A program made the translations under genes and the position numbers. Shown here one piece after another: positions 44,801 to 54,340 of a DNA stretch of 64,000 nt (position 1 is its first letter; each line of letters opens with the position of its first letter). The DNA is from Naegleria gruberi (taxonomy: Eukaryota): the NCBI GenBank assembly GCA_000004985.1, contig GG738872.1; one strand, 5' to 3'. The notes beneath the pieces are model-generated. The model was not told the origin of the DNA. It did not search any database and saw only the letters and a program-made list of their open reading frames with translations.

Positions 44801-45667
44801 ATGAAGTCAATTATCTGTGTCACACTTTTGCTCATTGCATCAGTTTGTTTCGTCAGTGCTGCTCAACACTGTCTCAGCAATCAATTCACTGCTTCCATCT
44901 TGTTGATGGATCCAAAGAAGGTTTGTGTTTGTACTTTCGAATAATATTTTTTATTCTAATTTCTAATGCGATTTTCTTTCATACAACAATCACTTGTGCT
45001 TTTTAACAATATGATAATTTTTACAATATCGATTCCATGATATTCGAAATATTTGCAATATAACAACAAATTTTAAACTATACGATCAATCACATTTGAA
45101 TAATAATCTAAATAATTCATCTATCACAACAAAAAACAGCGTTACGACGACTTCCACAAGGTCTACTTTGATGAATATTCCCAACAACAAAGAATTGATA
45201 TTCACGAATTGGATCCTAATGATAAGCACGTTTCCATCTTTTTGAAGCACAACATTGCCAAGATGTACATTTATGATCAAACTGCCAACACTTGTACTTC
45301 TCACCCACTCGAAGGTAAATTGCCAGCCTTCTGTTTGGCTAACAATGCTACCAAGGTTGATCAAATCACTATTGGTGGTTCCTTGAAGGCTGATGTCTGG
45401 GAAGAAAAGGTCTTTGGTTGGACTTCTCGTTTGATCTTGGCTGCTGATTCCTACATTCCAATTAACATCTTGTCCAAGGGTGGTCATTTGAATAATCATA
45501 TTTTCGAAGAGTGGTTGGACGTAAAGAACACCATTGAATCACCAGCTGTTTTCCAATTGCCAACTGCTTGTTTGAATGTTCAAGATAACAAGAGAAATGC
45601 TGCTGCTCCAGAAGCCTTGTTGAATCAAGTTGCCAGACTCAATGCTCCATTCACTAAGAAGCTCTAA
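44801..45667 (+). CDS. Secreted ependymin-related protein (EPDR family). Two exons: 44801..44920 and 45140..45667; 219-nt intron.
   Basis: Exon 1 encodes a signal peptide MKSIICVTLLLIASVCFVSA… Exon 2 carries the family pattern …ITIGGSLKADVWEEKVFGWTSRLILAADSYIPINILSKGGHLNNHIFEEWLDVKNTIESPAVFQLPTAC… (compare EPDR1 …SIGG…V.EW……W……DCYP………FDI.LGIKDPSVFTPPSTC), including the conserved Cys positions. Junction AAGAAG|gtttgt … aaaaacag|CGTTACGAC in phase 0. Confidence 0.65.
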
Positions 45668-45939
45668 ATGATAATGATTGAATGTTAATCATTTTAAATA
45701 AAGCTTTTTGAAAGAGTATTTTCAATTTGAAGTATATATGTATTGATTGTTAATTTATGAAATTCTTAATGCTTAAAAGTGAGAAAATTATTGAATTGTA
45801 AATAGATGACAATACAGCATTTGATCATCACAAAAATAAGTATTTAAAAAATTCAAACAAATAATTTTTAAAAATTTAAAAAAACAAGTTGAAGGAGAAC
45901 CTTCCGATATCAAAATTATCATCAACATAATAGTAAAAT

Positions 45940-46467
45940 ATGAGTGAATTAAAAGATGCTCTCGATTTAAATGTCATGGTACGATATCTGAGATTTTCAA
46001 CATCTTTGGGAAGCTTTGATGTCGAACTCTATACACACCATGTTCCTATGGGTTGTAAATACTTTTCCGATCTTGCTTTAAGTGGATACTACAATGATAC
46101 ATTGATTCATACCATACAACCTAACCATGTTTTTATTGGTGGAGATCCAACAAATACAGGAAGAGGAGGAAAGGAATGGAATGGATATTTACAGGAAATT
46201 CCTACAAGTAAATTGAAACATACAGGAGCTGGAATTATTGGACTTTGTGAGAATTCACAATTTTACGTGACATTGTCTCCTTCACCTTGGAATGATGGAA
46301 AATATTTACCAATTGGAAGAATTTGTAAAAATATGAAAACGATAAAGAGTATTTCACTTGTTCCTGTTGGAGGAGGAAGTAATGGTGAAGAGGATTCGAC
46401 AACACCACTTGAGGAAATAATGATTTATTCCATTCAAGAAATTGAATCTATTGCAGAAGAAGAATAA
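45940..46467 (+). CDS. Cyclophilin-like domain protein of the CWC27/PPIL subfamily (divergent; probably not a canonical PPIase).
   Basis: …LGSFDVELYTHHVPMGCKYFSDLALSGYYNDTLIHTIQPNHVFIGGDPTNTGRGGKEW… parallels CWC27 …AGDIDIELWSKEAPKACRNFIQLCLEAYYDNTIFHRVVPGFIVQGGDPTGTGSGGESIY… The catalytic Arg/Phe of FHR is replaced (IHT). ATG at 45940. Confidence 0.65.
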   Translation: MSELKDALDLNVMVRYLRFSTSLGSFDVELYTHHVPMGCKYFSDLALSGYYNDTLIHTIQPNHVFIGGDPTNTGRGGKEWNGYLQEIPTSKLKHTGAGIIGLCENSQFYVTLSPSPWNDGKYLPIGRICKNMKTIKSISLVPVGGGSNGEEDSTTPLEEIMIYSIQEIESIAEEE

Positions 46468-46612
46468 ATTTAATTTTTGAAATTTAATTTCAAATTAAAT
46501 TCATTCTTTAATAATTAATATTAATATTAGCATAGTCATAGTACCTTATTTAAGGAGGATTAATTTTAAATATTATGAAATAATTAATTAATATTTCACT
46601 ATTTAAAAAAAA

Positions 46613-47578
46613 ATGACTCGATTCATTATCAATCTACCTGATGAAATTATTTTTGAAATACTCATGATGGTTTCGAATTCAATTCCTTCCATGATGAATT
46701 TAGGAATGTCTTGTTCATCATTTTGGGAATTAATAACTCAACGAGGAACACTATTATGGACTAGTGTATTGGAAAATATGGCTGATCAAGATCCGAGCCG
46801 TTTTAAAAGGAAAACAATTTCCCTGTTGTATGTACCAATGTTGCCAACAGACAAGTGCCAGAAACTATTAAGAGTTATTAGACACCAATATCGATTTGAA
46901 CTCAAAAAGAAAATTGTCTCAGCAGCAAAACAACTTGAATATCAAGATAAGGTTCTCTTTGTGGAAACTGTAAAATTTAATGATGAGATTACTATGAAAT
47001 TGGTTAATTCAGTCATTGGATCTATAAAATCCTATTATTCACCAGAAAATTTCGTTAACAAATTTGGTGGGTCTATGGGGGTATTATGTGATTTTCTAAG
47101 GCAGCACCAAATGGCAAATTTTACAATAGGAGAAGTAATAGATCATTTCTATAAAAAAAAGAATGCACACAAACATTTAAATCCAAAAGTCAGAGATGAA
47201 ATTTCAGAATTGTACAAAGAATTTACTATGAAACATGTTGCACAAGGTATATACAGTGTTTTACCACTGTTGGGATTTGCAAAGAATGCAGATGATGCTC
47301 TCCTTCTATTAACGTTTATTTATCTTGAATGTCCAATATATGAAACACTAAATCCTAATAATACTTATTTTCCAATGGAAACATTTACAGGATTCGAGTT
47401 GGATCAGAAGAAAGTTTTATTGGGAAAACCTTTTTTGGATATTATTCAAAATCATCTGACAAAAGTTTCTTTATGCTCAAAAAAATTGGATAATATTACA
47501 ACTATTCAACAAGCCATCTCTCAATTCAATGATCAAGTTTATGGACCAACCAAAGTACTTCACTTTGAAATTTTGTAA
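46613..47578 (+). CDS. F-box-like protein (N-terminal F-box-like motif, unique helical C-terminal region).
   Basis: N-terminus …INLPDEIIFEILMMVSNSIPSMMNLGMSCSSFWELI… fits the F-box consensus (LP.EI…I……L……VCK.W). 321-aa ATG-initiated ORF. Confidence 0.45.
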   Translation: MTRFIINLPDEIIFEILMMVSNSIPSMMNLGMSCSSFWELITQRGTLLWTSVLENMADQDPSRFKRKTISLLYVPMLPTDKCQKLLRVIRHQYRFELKKKIVSAAKQLEYQDKVLFVETVKFNDEITMKLVNSVIGSIKSYYSPENFVNKFGGSMGVLCDFLRQHQMANFTIGEVIDHFYKKKNAHKHLNPKVRDEISELYKEFTMKHVAQGIYSVLPLLGFAKNADDALLLLTFIYLECPIYETLNPNNTYFPMETFTGFELDQKKVLLGKPFLDIIQNHLTKVSLCSKKLDNITTIQQAISQFNDQVYGPTKVLHFEIL

Positions 47579-47922
47579 ACTTTGTAACCGTATTTCAAAA
47601 ATGTTCCTCAACGAATTTTCCTTTTCACCAAGCACCAAAAACAAGCTGTTTCGTATTAAGCATCTAACGGTTATTTATCATACCTATCACTACAATAAAA
47701 ATCTTCCACAGTTGTCAAGTTGGCTTTTTTGAGCGCTCGCATGAAAAAGCTCAATTATAAAACATTCAAAAAAATAGGAAAACTTCAAATTTATCCACCA
47801 TCACATTGTTTTGAAAGATTTTCATCATTACTGTTAATTTGGTAGGTTGAAAGATTTAGGATAACGTGTTGATTATAACTTTTATCCGTGTGATGATCAT
47901 AAAATCATTTTAATTTCATAAA

Positions 47923-49009
47923 ATGTTTAGTAGTATAAAGATGACATCGGAAAGTGTAGTAGACTCAAAGATTGAGCATCATCATAATTGTAAAGATCAT
48001 CATCACCATCATGGTGATGATTGTTGCAAAAGGTCCAATGATCATAAAGAGTGCCATCACGATAATACCAATACAAAGCATATTCATCATCAAAATCCAA
48101 AAAGGAAGAGAAATGGATGTGCTATTTGTGGGTTAATGCAAATTATGAATCCATTCCCTGCAACTGGTAATGTTGATGATTATGAACCAACTAAATTTGA
48201 GGAAGCAATGAATGTATTGACTCATTTGTTGCCAATAGCCATTTTTACATACTTTTCGAATAGAATGTTTGTGGAAAATTTGGTCAACTCATCAGAAGAA
48301 ATGTTTGTGGCATTGGTTTTTTGTATTGGGATGTGTATTTTGTTTCTAGTTTCGAGTACTTATCATTTTGTTTGTCTAATTTATGGAAAAAATCACCCAA
48401 ATGTTGATTTTTTCAGATCTATGGATTATGCCACTATTTATGTGAGTATTTTCTAGTATTATTCTTTACTAATTTATGGAATATTTTGTCAAGATTTTCA
48501 TTGGTGCCTCCTATACACCATGGTTGGCTCTGGTTCCACTTGGAGAGGATGGAACGTTTGGAAAAGGTTTTGCAGTTTTGGTGTGGAGTATTGCAGTTAT
48601 TGGACTCATCAAATCTTACAATACCAAATTCTTACCTCAAATTGAAAGTGTTGTCTTGTTGAATTTGATGGGTTGGGTTGCTATTATAATTATTCCACCA
48701 GCTCTATTTACACACGTTCCAATTGAGGCTTTTATTTTCTTATTGATTGGAGGTATTTTCTATTCGGGAGGATGTTTCATTCTCAAATATGGAGATGGTA
48801 GAATACCAGCAGCTCATGCCATTTGGCACATGTTAGTGAACTGTGGAGTGTTATTCCATTTCCTAGTAATGGAAGTTTATTTGATTAAATTGGATACACA
48901 TTTTAGACCTGGTGATGAAATGCCACTCATGGTCTATGAACAAGTGATTGAGGCATGGAATTCGAATAGAACTTGGCACTTCCCAGCCTTTAATGTTTTG
49001 TATAGATAA
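47923..49009 (+). CDS. PAQR / hemolysin-III family seven-transmembrane protein with an unusual His/Cys-rich N-terminal extension. Two exons: 47923..48441 and 48494..49009; 52-nt intron.
   Basis: Family motifs: N..TH (AMNVLTHLLP), S.YH (SSTYH), D….I (DYATIY|IFIGASYTP across the splice), HxxxH (HAIWHML). Seven hydrophobic segments. N-terminus …KIEHHHNCKDHHHHHGDDCCKRSNDHKECHHDNTNTKHIHHQNP… Junction TTTAT|gtgagt…ttgtcaag|ATTTTC in phase 0. Confidence 0.7.
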
Positions 49010-49157
49010 ATTAAGTATTTTGGTACCTAAATTTGTTGGAAGACATTCCAAGGAAAGTAGTCTAATATTTCATTCTCAAGGCCATTCATATCATTAATTC
49101 TCAATATTGTAAACATTGAACTAACATTTAAAAAAGTTCATACAAGATTATAAAAAA

Positions 49158-50067
49158 ATGCAACACAACTATCCTTTCCGCAAGTCGCTTAGAATTTTCC
49201 TCCTCTCCCTCATTTTAATCTTCATTGGTGTTATAGTTGTGAAAAGTTCAACTGTGTGGATAAGCGTAGTGACGAAATTCTACAATTCCTCCGTTATGAA
49301 ACTGATAGGAATTTGTGGTGTTTGGTACGTTAATGTTCCTATGTAAATAATTATTCTTTACTTCCATTTGTTAAATATATTTAATGATTGAAATTAAAAG
49401 CTCAATTCCTGAAGGAAGAAATCCATCACAAATTTACGATAATTTCATAGTGAATAGCATGGAACAGAATATAAATGTACATTACTTTGCATTGAGTGAG
49501 AATCAGGCCCCATTGGTAACAACGAATACTGATCAACAATTACAAGTGATAATCGATCAGGTGGTGAGTAAGCAAACTATAATTGTCATTTCGAGTGAAT
49601 CCTACACGACGAATATTCTCTTTTCTATCACTGACAAGTACTCAATAGTGAAGAGTAACTTCCTTGCCAATATTCAATATATTTTGGTTAATTCAAAATT
49701 TAAGGCAACTTTCAAGTTTAAGGATGAAAGTCTTTCTTCTCAGATAACTGTTAAATACTATTGTGATGATTTGTGTGGAGCTAATACATTTATTTCAACT
49801 AAGGATGCTTATATTTGGAATAGTGGAGGATCAACTATGGAATTGGAAATGAGACAAAGAATTGGAGCTAATTATACTACATACATTGGGTGTGACAAAT
49901 CTTCCAGTTTTACATTTATGAATCCAATTAATGAGTGTGAAAATGGTGACACTAATTTAATCATTACTGTAGTGTTATCTGTAGTTTTAGGTAGTTGTTG
50001 TTTGGCATGCCTTTGTACGTGCTTATTTTCTATCCTAGGTTGTTTAATTAAGTTGGCCCTTAATTAA
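49158..50067 (+). CDS. Hypothetical secreted/membrane-anchored Cys-containing protein. Probably two exons: 49158..49324 and 49401..50067.
   Basis: Exon 1 is an ATG-initiated signal/anchor sequence (…IFLLSLILIFIGVIVV…). Exon 2 is the 49384..50067 ORF body, ending with a Cys-rich hydrophobic C-terminus (…IITVVLSVVLGSCCLACLCTCLFSILGCLIKLALN). Proposed junction TG|gtacgt … ttaaaag|C in phase 2. The splice model is tentative. Confidence 0.35.
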
Positions 50068-50127
50068 TAAAAGGAATCAAATTACGGATATGGATTATCA
50101 GAACATTATTTTCATAATGAATGTGCT

Positions 50128-50198
50128 CGTCTCGTGGTGTAATGGTAGCATAGTGGACTTTGAATCCATTGACGGAGGTTCGATTCCTCCCGAGACGG
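50128..50198 (+). tRNA. tRNA-Gln (anticodon UUG).
   Basis: Folded by hand. Acceptor CGTCTCG/CGAGACG (7 bp), D-arm GTGT-AATGGTA-GCAT, anticodon stem GTGGA/TCCAT with loop CTTTGAA (anticodon TTG), T-arm GGAGG-TTCGATT-CCTCC, discriminator G. The core TGGTGTAATGGT.AGCA…GGACTTTGAATCC is nearly identical to canonical eukaryotic tRNA-Gln(UUG). Confidence 0.8.
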
Positions 50199-50351
50199 TA
50201 ACGTGGCGAGCCATAAGTTTTACATCTTAGGTATTTACGTTTATCTCCTCAAAAATTCCAAACTTGCGATTGAGAGGATTCTATTCTTTTCCTGCTTGAT
50301 GAATTACAATAATTACTACATGAATTTCTTGGTATTTAAGGTAGTTCTAGT

Positions 50352-50408
50352 TGTAGATTTATAATATTAAATTCCATTCAAGCTCACTTCTCTGCAGAAT
50401 ATTTCTTG
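50352..50408. repeat. Left arm of an inverted-repeat pair; 33-bp perfect core at 50376..50408 (attcaagctcacttctctgcagaatatttcttg).
   Basis: Exact reverse complement of 57091..57123. Flanking about 25 bp (gatttataatattaaattcc) matches the other arm (ggatttaatattttaaatcc) with indels. Confidence 0.6.
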
Positions 50409-51015
50409 CTTCACACTCAATGATGAAATTGGAGAGAAAGGAGATTTATCTCCTCAATCTTATTATAAACTTACGCTTAAGTGGGGTAATTATTAAGGTG
50501 TTGGCAATTTGGCTTGAGAAGATTGAAGGACTTGAACATGGTTGTCAATTCTTATTAGATACCAGCTCTGCTCAACCAACCTTGCACATTTCTTTCACAA
50601 ATGTTGTTGCTGCTGTTAATCCTCAAAATGGGCAAATAATGAGAACAACAACTTTCAATTTAGGCTTTAATCTTTCTCATCAATCATTTTTGACTGTGGG
50701 AAGAGATTTCTTGGCGATTCCACTTGCCAATTCAGTTGTTATTCTTGACAAACTTACTTTCAGATTCATTTGGTTGGAAGAAAGGGAAATATATTTCATA
50801 ATACTCAATGTCTTCATGTTCAAACTTGATATCAAGAGATACCAATTCATTCTTCTTGACATGTAGGAATTATGACGGATCATACACAGCATTAAGATAT
50901 GACGTTTCAAACACCAAAGTTAATACCAATTCAATGCTTGGCATTCCACGTGTTTGTTCCAATTAAATTCCTGTAGATGTTTATGATTCACATTTTGGTA
51001 ATGATGCTACGATCT

Positions 51016-51065
51016 NNNNNNNNNNNNNNNNNNNNNNNNNNNNNNNNNNNNNNNNNNNNNNNNNN
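51016..51065. other. Assembly/scaffold gap (50 N).
   Basis: Run of n characters in the sequence. Confidence 0.95.
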
Positions 51066-51268
51066 TTCACAAGCATTCCAACCTTCAGATTGTCTTAAAT
51101 GTTTACTTCATTATGGTATAATTCTTTTTTAAAAGAATAGCCACCTCTGAAATGGAAACTGTTAGGAACTTATACTGAACTTTGTTAATTACTGGGCTGT
51201 CTAATTACTAGTAAATTATAATACGTTTTTTGTAATCTATCTAGTAGTTTGTTAAATTCACGAAAAAA

Positions 51269-52732
51269 ATGGCATCCACACTTCCCTCGCGTCTTGATCA
51301 TTTGCCGCATGAGATTCTGTTCACCATCTTTCAATATGGCTTGGATCCGTACACATTATTCAAGCAAATTATTACCTTTCGACATGTAAATAAAACTTTT
51401 TACGAAATGACCAATGATCAAGACTTTTACAAGGTGCTTTTTGCTGATTTGAGACCTAAAGATACAACATTTGATTATTTTCCTACACATGCCTTCATCG
51501 ATCGATTATTGTTCCGAACCCATAGGGACACTTTTAAAGATTGGACTTGTGAGGAATCATGCAAACCTGCCTATGAAACTCTTAACGGAGAGTTGATTAG
51601 CTATGAATATGAAGATGATGGCAAGGAAAATTTATTTGAAAAGTTTTCAGAGTGGTTGAATCAGGCCTATTCAAATTGTGACAATGTTCTATTGAAAATG
51701 TTGATTCAACTGTGTTTGGGAAGAGAGATGATTTCTCATTTGGGAATTAGCAAAGTTGGAGTGTTGATTGAATTGTTTTTTGAAAAGTTGTTGCAACCTG
51801 CTATTGAGTTGGTCAATTCATGGAATGAAACACCGAAAGAAATGGAATGGAGAGAGGATTTGGTGTTTAATATGAATTTATTGCAAGTGATTGGAACAGA
51901 GAGTTTATTTGGAGAGGATATTGCAGTCTGTTGGAGTGAACTAGATGGAATTGCTTCGTGTATTCCAAGAAAATACTTGTTATTCATTGCTGAAAAGTTT
52001 AGAGACATTGAATTGTTGATGAATGATTCGACTAGAACATGCATGGTTACTCAAATCATGAAAATATTGAGAGATTGTGGAATTAAAGTTGAAAGAATGA
52101 GATTTAGTGATATTGGCATGCATGTGAATTATCAGAGAACTGATGCAACGGATAGAATGATCCCAAAAATAGCAAAGAGCTTTTACTTGCAACATTTAGC
52201 AGTTTGGATTAATAGTCCATCATTGCTGGAGTGGTGTTTAACTGTTGGTATTACATCAGATACCAATCTTAAACATCTTTCCAATAATCCGTATTTGGAT
52301 ATTTCACTTCAAGCTCATGTGAATACATACATTCACGATGCATGTGGCTTGACAGCTCTTCATTATGCTGTTCATAGTGGAAATGTAGAAATATCAAACT
52401 TGCTGATCAAGAAATATTTGGCAAACCCATTTGTGGAATCAAGAATTTCGCATTGGGGAAACCTTACACCATGCATACTTGCACAACTTGGTGAATCTGA
52501 TTCAACAATACAAATGATTTTCAAATCACTTGAAGAAAAATATGGAGATATCAAAGTAACTTTCGATAGAGACGATGAAATTGCCAAGGATGTTGAACAA
52601 TCAAATGATTCTCACAAACTTTCTCTTGAGAAAATGCGCGCAGATGTTTGGTATGAATGTGGAGATGATTATTCTTCTTCTGTTAGAGAGAGAAGGAAGA
52701 AACAGTTTATAATAATGAATTCAAAATGGTAG
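51269..52732 (+). CDS. F-box-like plus ankyrin-repeat protein.
   Basis: N-terminus LDHLPHEILFTIFQYGLDPYTLFKQIITFRHVNKTFYEM (F-box-like). Ankyrin repeats, e.g. GLTALHYAVHSGNVEISNLLIKKY. ATG at 51269. The stop TAG overlaps the ATG of the next ORF (AATGGTAGAG). Confidence 0.5.
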   Translation: MASTLPSRLDHLPHEILFTIFQYGLDPYTLFKQIITFRHVNKTFYEMTNDQDFYKVLFADLRPKDTTFDYFPTHAFIDRLLFRTHRDTFKDWTCEESCKPAYETLNGELISYEYEDDGKENLFEKFSEWLNQAYSNCDNVLLKMLIQLCLGREMISHLGISKVGVLIELFFEKLLQPAIELVNSWNETPKEMEWREDLVFNMNLLQVIGTESLFGEDIAVCWSELDGIASCIPRKYLLFIAEKFRDIELLMNDSTRTCMVTQIMKILRDCGIKVERMRFSDIGMHVNYQRTDATDRMIPKIAKSFYLQHLAVWINSPSLLEWCLTVGITSDTNLKHLSNNPYLDISLQAHVNTYIHDACGLTALHYAVHSGNVEISNLLIKKYLANPFVESRISHWGNLTPCILAQLGESDSTIQMIFKSLEEKYGDIKVTFDRDDEIAKDVEQSNDSHKLSLEKMRADVWYECGDDYSSSVRERRKKQFIIMNSKW

Positions 52733-54033
52733 AGACTCTAAACGGTTTCGATTATGAATTTGAGGAAGTTATGGAAGATATTTCAGATGAGTCAGACAAT
52801 GAATATGGATTGTCTTACGAATGGATCAAAAGTCAAGTTCAAGACCAAAGTTCTTTGAAACGTAAGAGAAATTCAAATCATGATTACTACCTGCATAATG
52901 AGAGCTTGAGAAAAATGAGAAAACCTATTGAAGAATTCGAGAAGGTTCAATGGAATTCTTCTCAAGTTGAATTTCTACATGAAACTGATCAAGCCAGTCG
53001 GAGTGATGAATATGATTATAAGCATTGGCCCTTTATTAAAATTATGAAAAGAAAACCAAACTCCATTGAGGGAAATGAAGAGGAACGCGAGGAAGGACAT
53101 ACCGCGGATGAAACAGAGGGAAAAGATGAAAATGAAGAAGAAATAGACGAAAAAGAAGAAGAAAATGAAACTCAACAAGACGAAAAAGAAGTGCTGAATA
53201 TTGGTCCTGAGTTCATTTTGAGAAAAGATTTAACAGTTCCCAAGGAAAAAATGGATTTACTTATCAATGAAGTTCTAAGCAGTTACAAAAGTGGATCATT
53301 CATCATACCGAACGCTAAAATGATGATTCAACAAGCTGCTGAGAACATTGTCTCGTATAATTTCACAATTTCTCAAGATATCTCTCAATTTTGTGGTAGA
53401 GATTATGTTACTAGAAATGATGTAGCCTTGGCTGGTTATTTAGTTTCTTCCAAAACAAACCCTAAAATCCATCATTTCTATTTTGGCAACAGAACGAAAA
53501 CACTCAAATCACACAGAGATGAATTTGTTGAAAATCTGAATATTAGCTCAAAACATATAACAGATCAACTTGGTAAATTAATCCATGACGAATCAATTTT
53601 GAATGCAATAGTGGAAATAATTTCTGAACAATTTGAAAATACCTATTTAACTGAAATACAAGACGAGAAGATTGATCCAAATTATGATGGACTAAGTAGT
53701 GACTCTTCTGAAGGTACAAATTATAGTGAAGATAGTATGCTTTCTAATGTGTGTTTTGAGGAGACTTGTTATGGATTTGAGGTTAATAATTTTGATTTAT
53801 GTTATTCATCCATAAGTGCAAAAGACTTACTCAATGAGAGAAAGGCATGTATCATTGTTGAAAATGATGACTATTTCACAGTACATGAAACTGAAGGACG
53901 TACTGTTTATGAGAATGAGGAAGTAGATTTGAGAACTCGAGTGATTTACACAACTGATAGAGACGAAGCTCTCAATTGGATTGATAATGCTTCAGGTTTT
54001 CACTTCCCTCCAGATGAGGAATATTTAGATTGA
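52726..54033 (+). CDS. Hypothetical acidic protein (435 aa) with a possible histone-fold-like helical segment. Starts 7 nt inside the end of the preceding F-box/ankyrin ORF.
   Basis: Glu-rich low-complexity stretch, then …MDLLINEVLSSYKSGSFIIPNAKMMIQQAAENIVSYNFTISQDISQFCGRDYVTRNDVALAGYL… (helix-strand-helix pattern reminiscent of histone-fold/TAF pairs; weak). Whether it is an independent gene or a frameshifted continuation of 51269..52732 is unresolved. Confidence 0.35.
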   Translation: MVETLNGFDYEFEEVMEDISDESDNEYGLSYEWIKSQVQDQSSLKRKRNSNHDYYLHNESLRKMRKPIEEFEKVQWNSSQVEFLHETDQASRSDEYDYKHWPFIKIMKRKPNSIEGNEEEREEGHTADETEGKDENEEEIDEKEEENETQQDEKEVLNIGPEFILRKDLTVPKEKMDLLINEVLSSYKSGSFIIPNAKMMIQQAAENIVSYNFTISQDISQFCGRDYVTRNDVALAGYLVSSKTNPKIHHFYFGNRTKTLKSHRDEFVENLNISSKHITDQLGKLIHDESILNAIVEIISEQFENTYLTEIQDEKIDPNYDGLSSDSSEGTNYSEDSMLSNVCFEETCYGFEVNNFDLCYSSISAKDLLNERKACIIVENDDYFTVHETEGRTVYENEEVDLRTRVIYTTDRDEALNWIDNASGFHFPPDEEYLD

Positions 54034-54340
54034 TCATCAAGATTTTTGTTAATTGTTTCAATTTACTGATTAATTTGGCTCACGAATGTTGGTGTCATTA
54101 ATTGCCAGATCGGTTAGAGACACTCCTTGAGGCTGTAATTGAGCACTTGTGGCCAATCCACCATCTCCACTATGTAACTATGTACAGGTGTTCCAGCACC
54201 ACTGTTGAGATGTCCATTAGGTTGGACCTTTGAGATTTTTCTATTTTGATAATATGTCATCGTTGGAATTGACAACAACAACCTTAGGACTTCTTAATTG
54301 TGAATTAAAGTTTTCATCATATTCAAGTTAGAGATTATTA

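Noticed and set aside
48442-48456. 15-nt 'intron' gtgagtattttctag in the PAQR gene
   Set aside because: It is too short to be a spliceosomal intron. The 52-nt version ending at ttgtcaag (48493) preserves phase and the DYATIY-IFIGASYTP family motif.
50420-50866. 148-aa ORF (MMKLERKEIYLL…) just inside the left inverted repeat
   Set aside because: Hydrophobic low-complexity translation with no motif. It overlaps the subterminal region of the putative element, so it is more likely non-coding. Kept only as part of the element.
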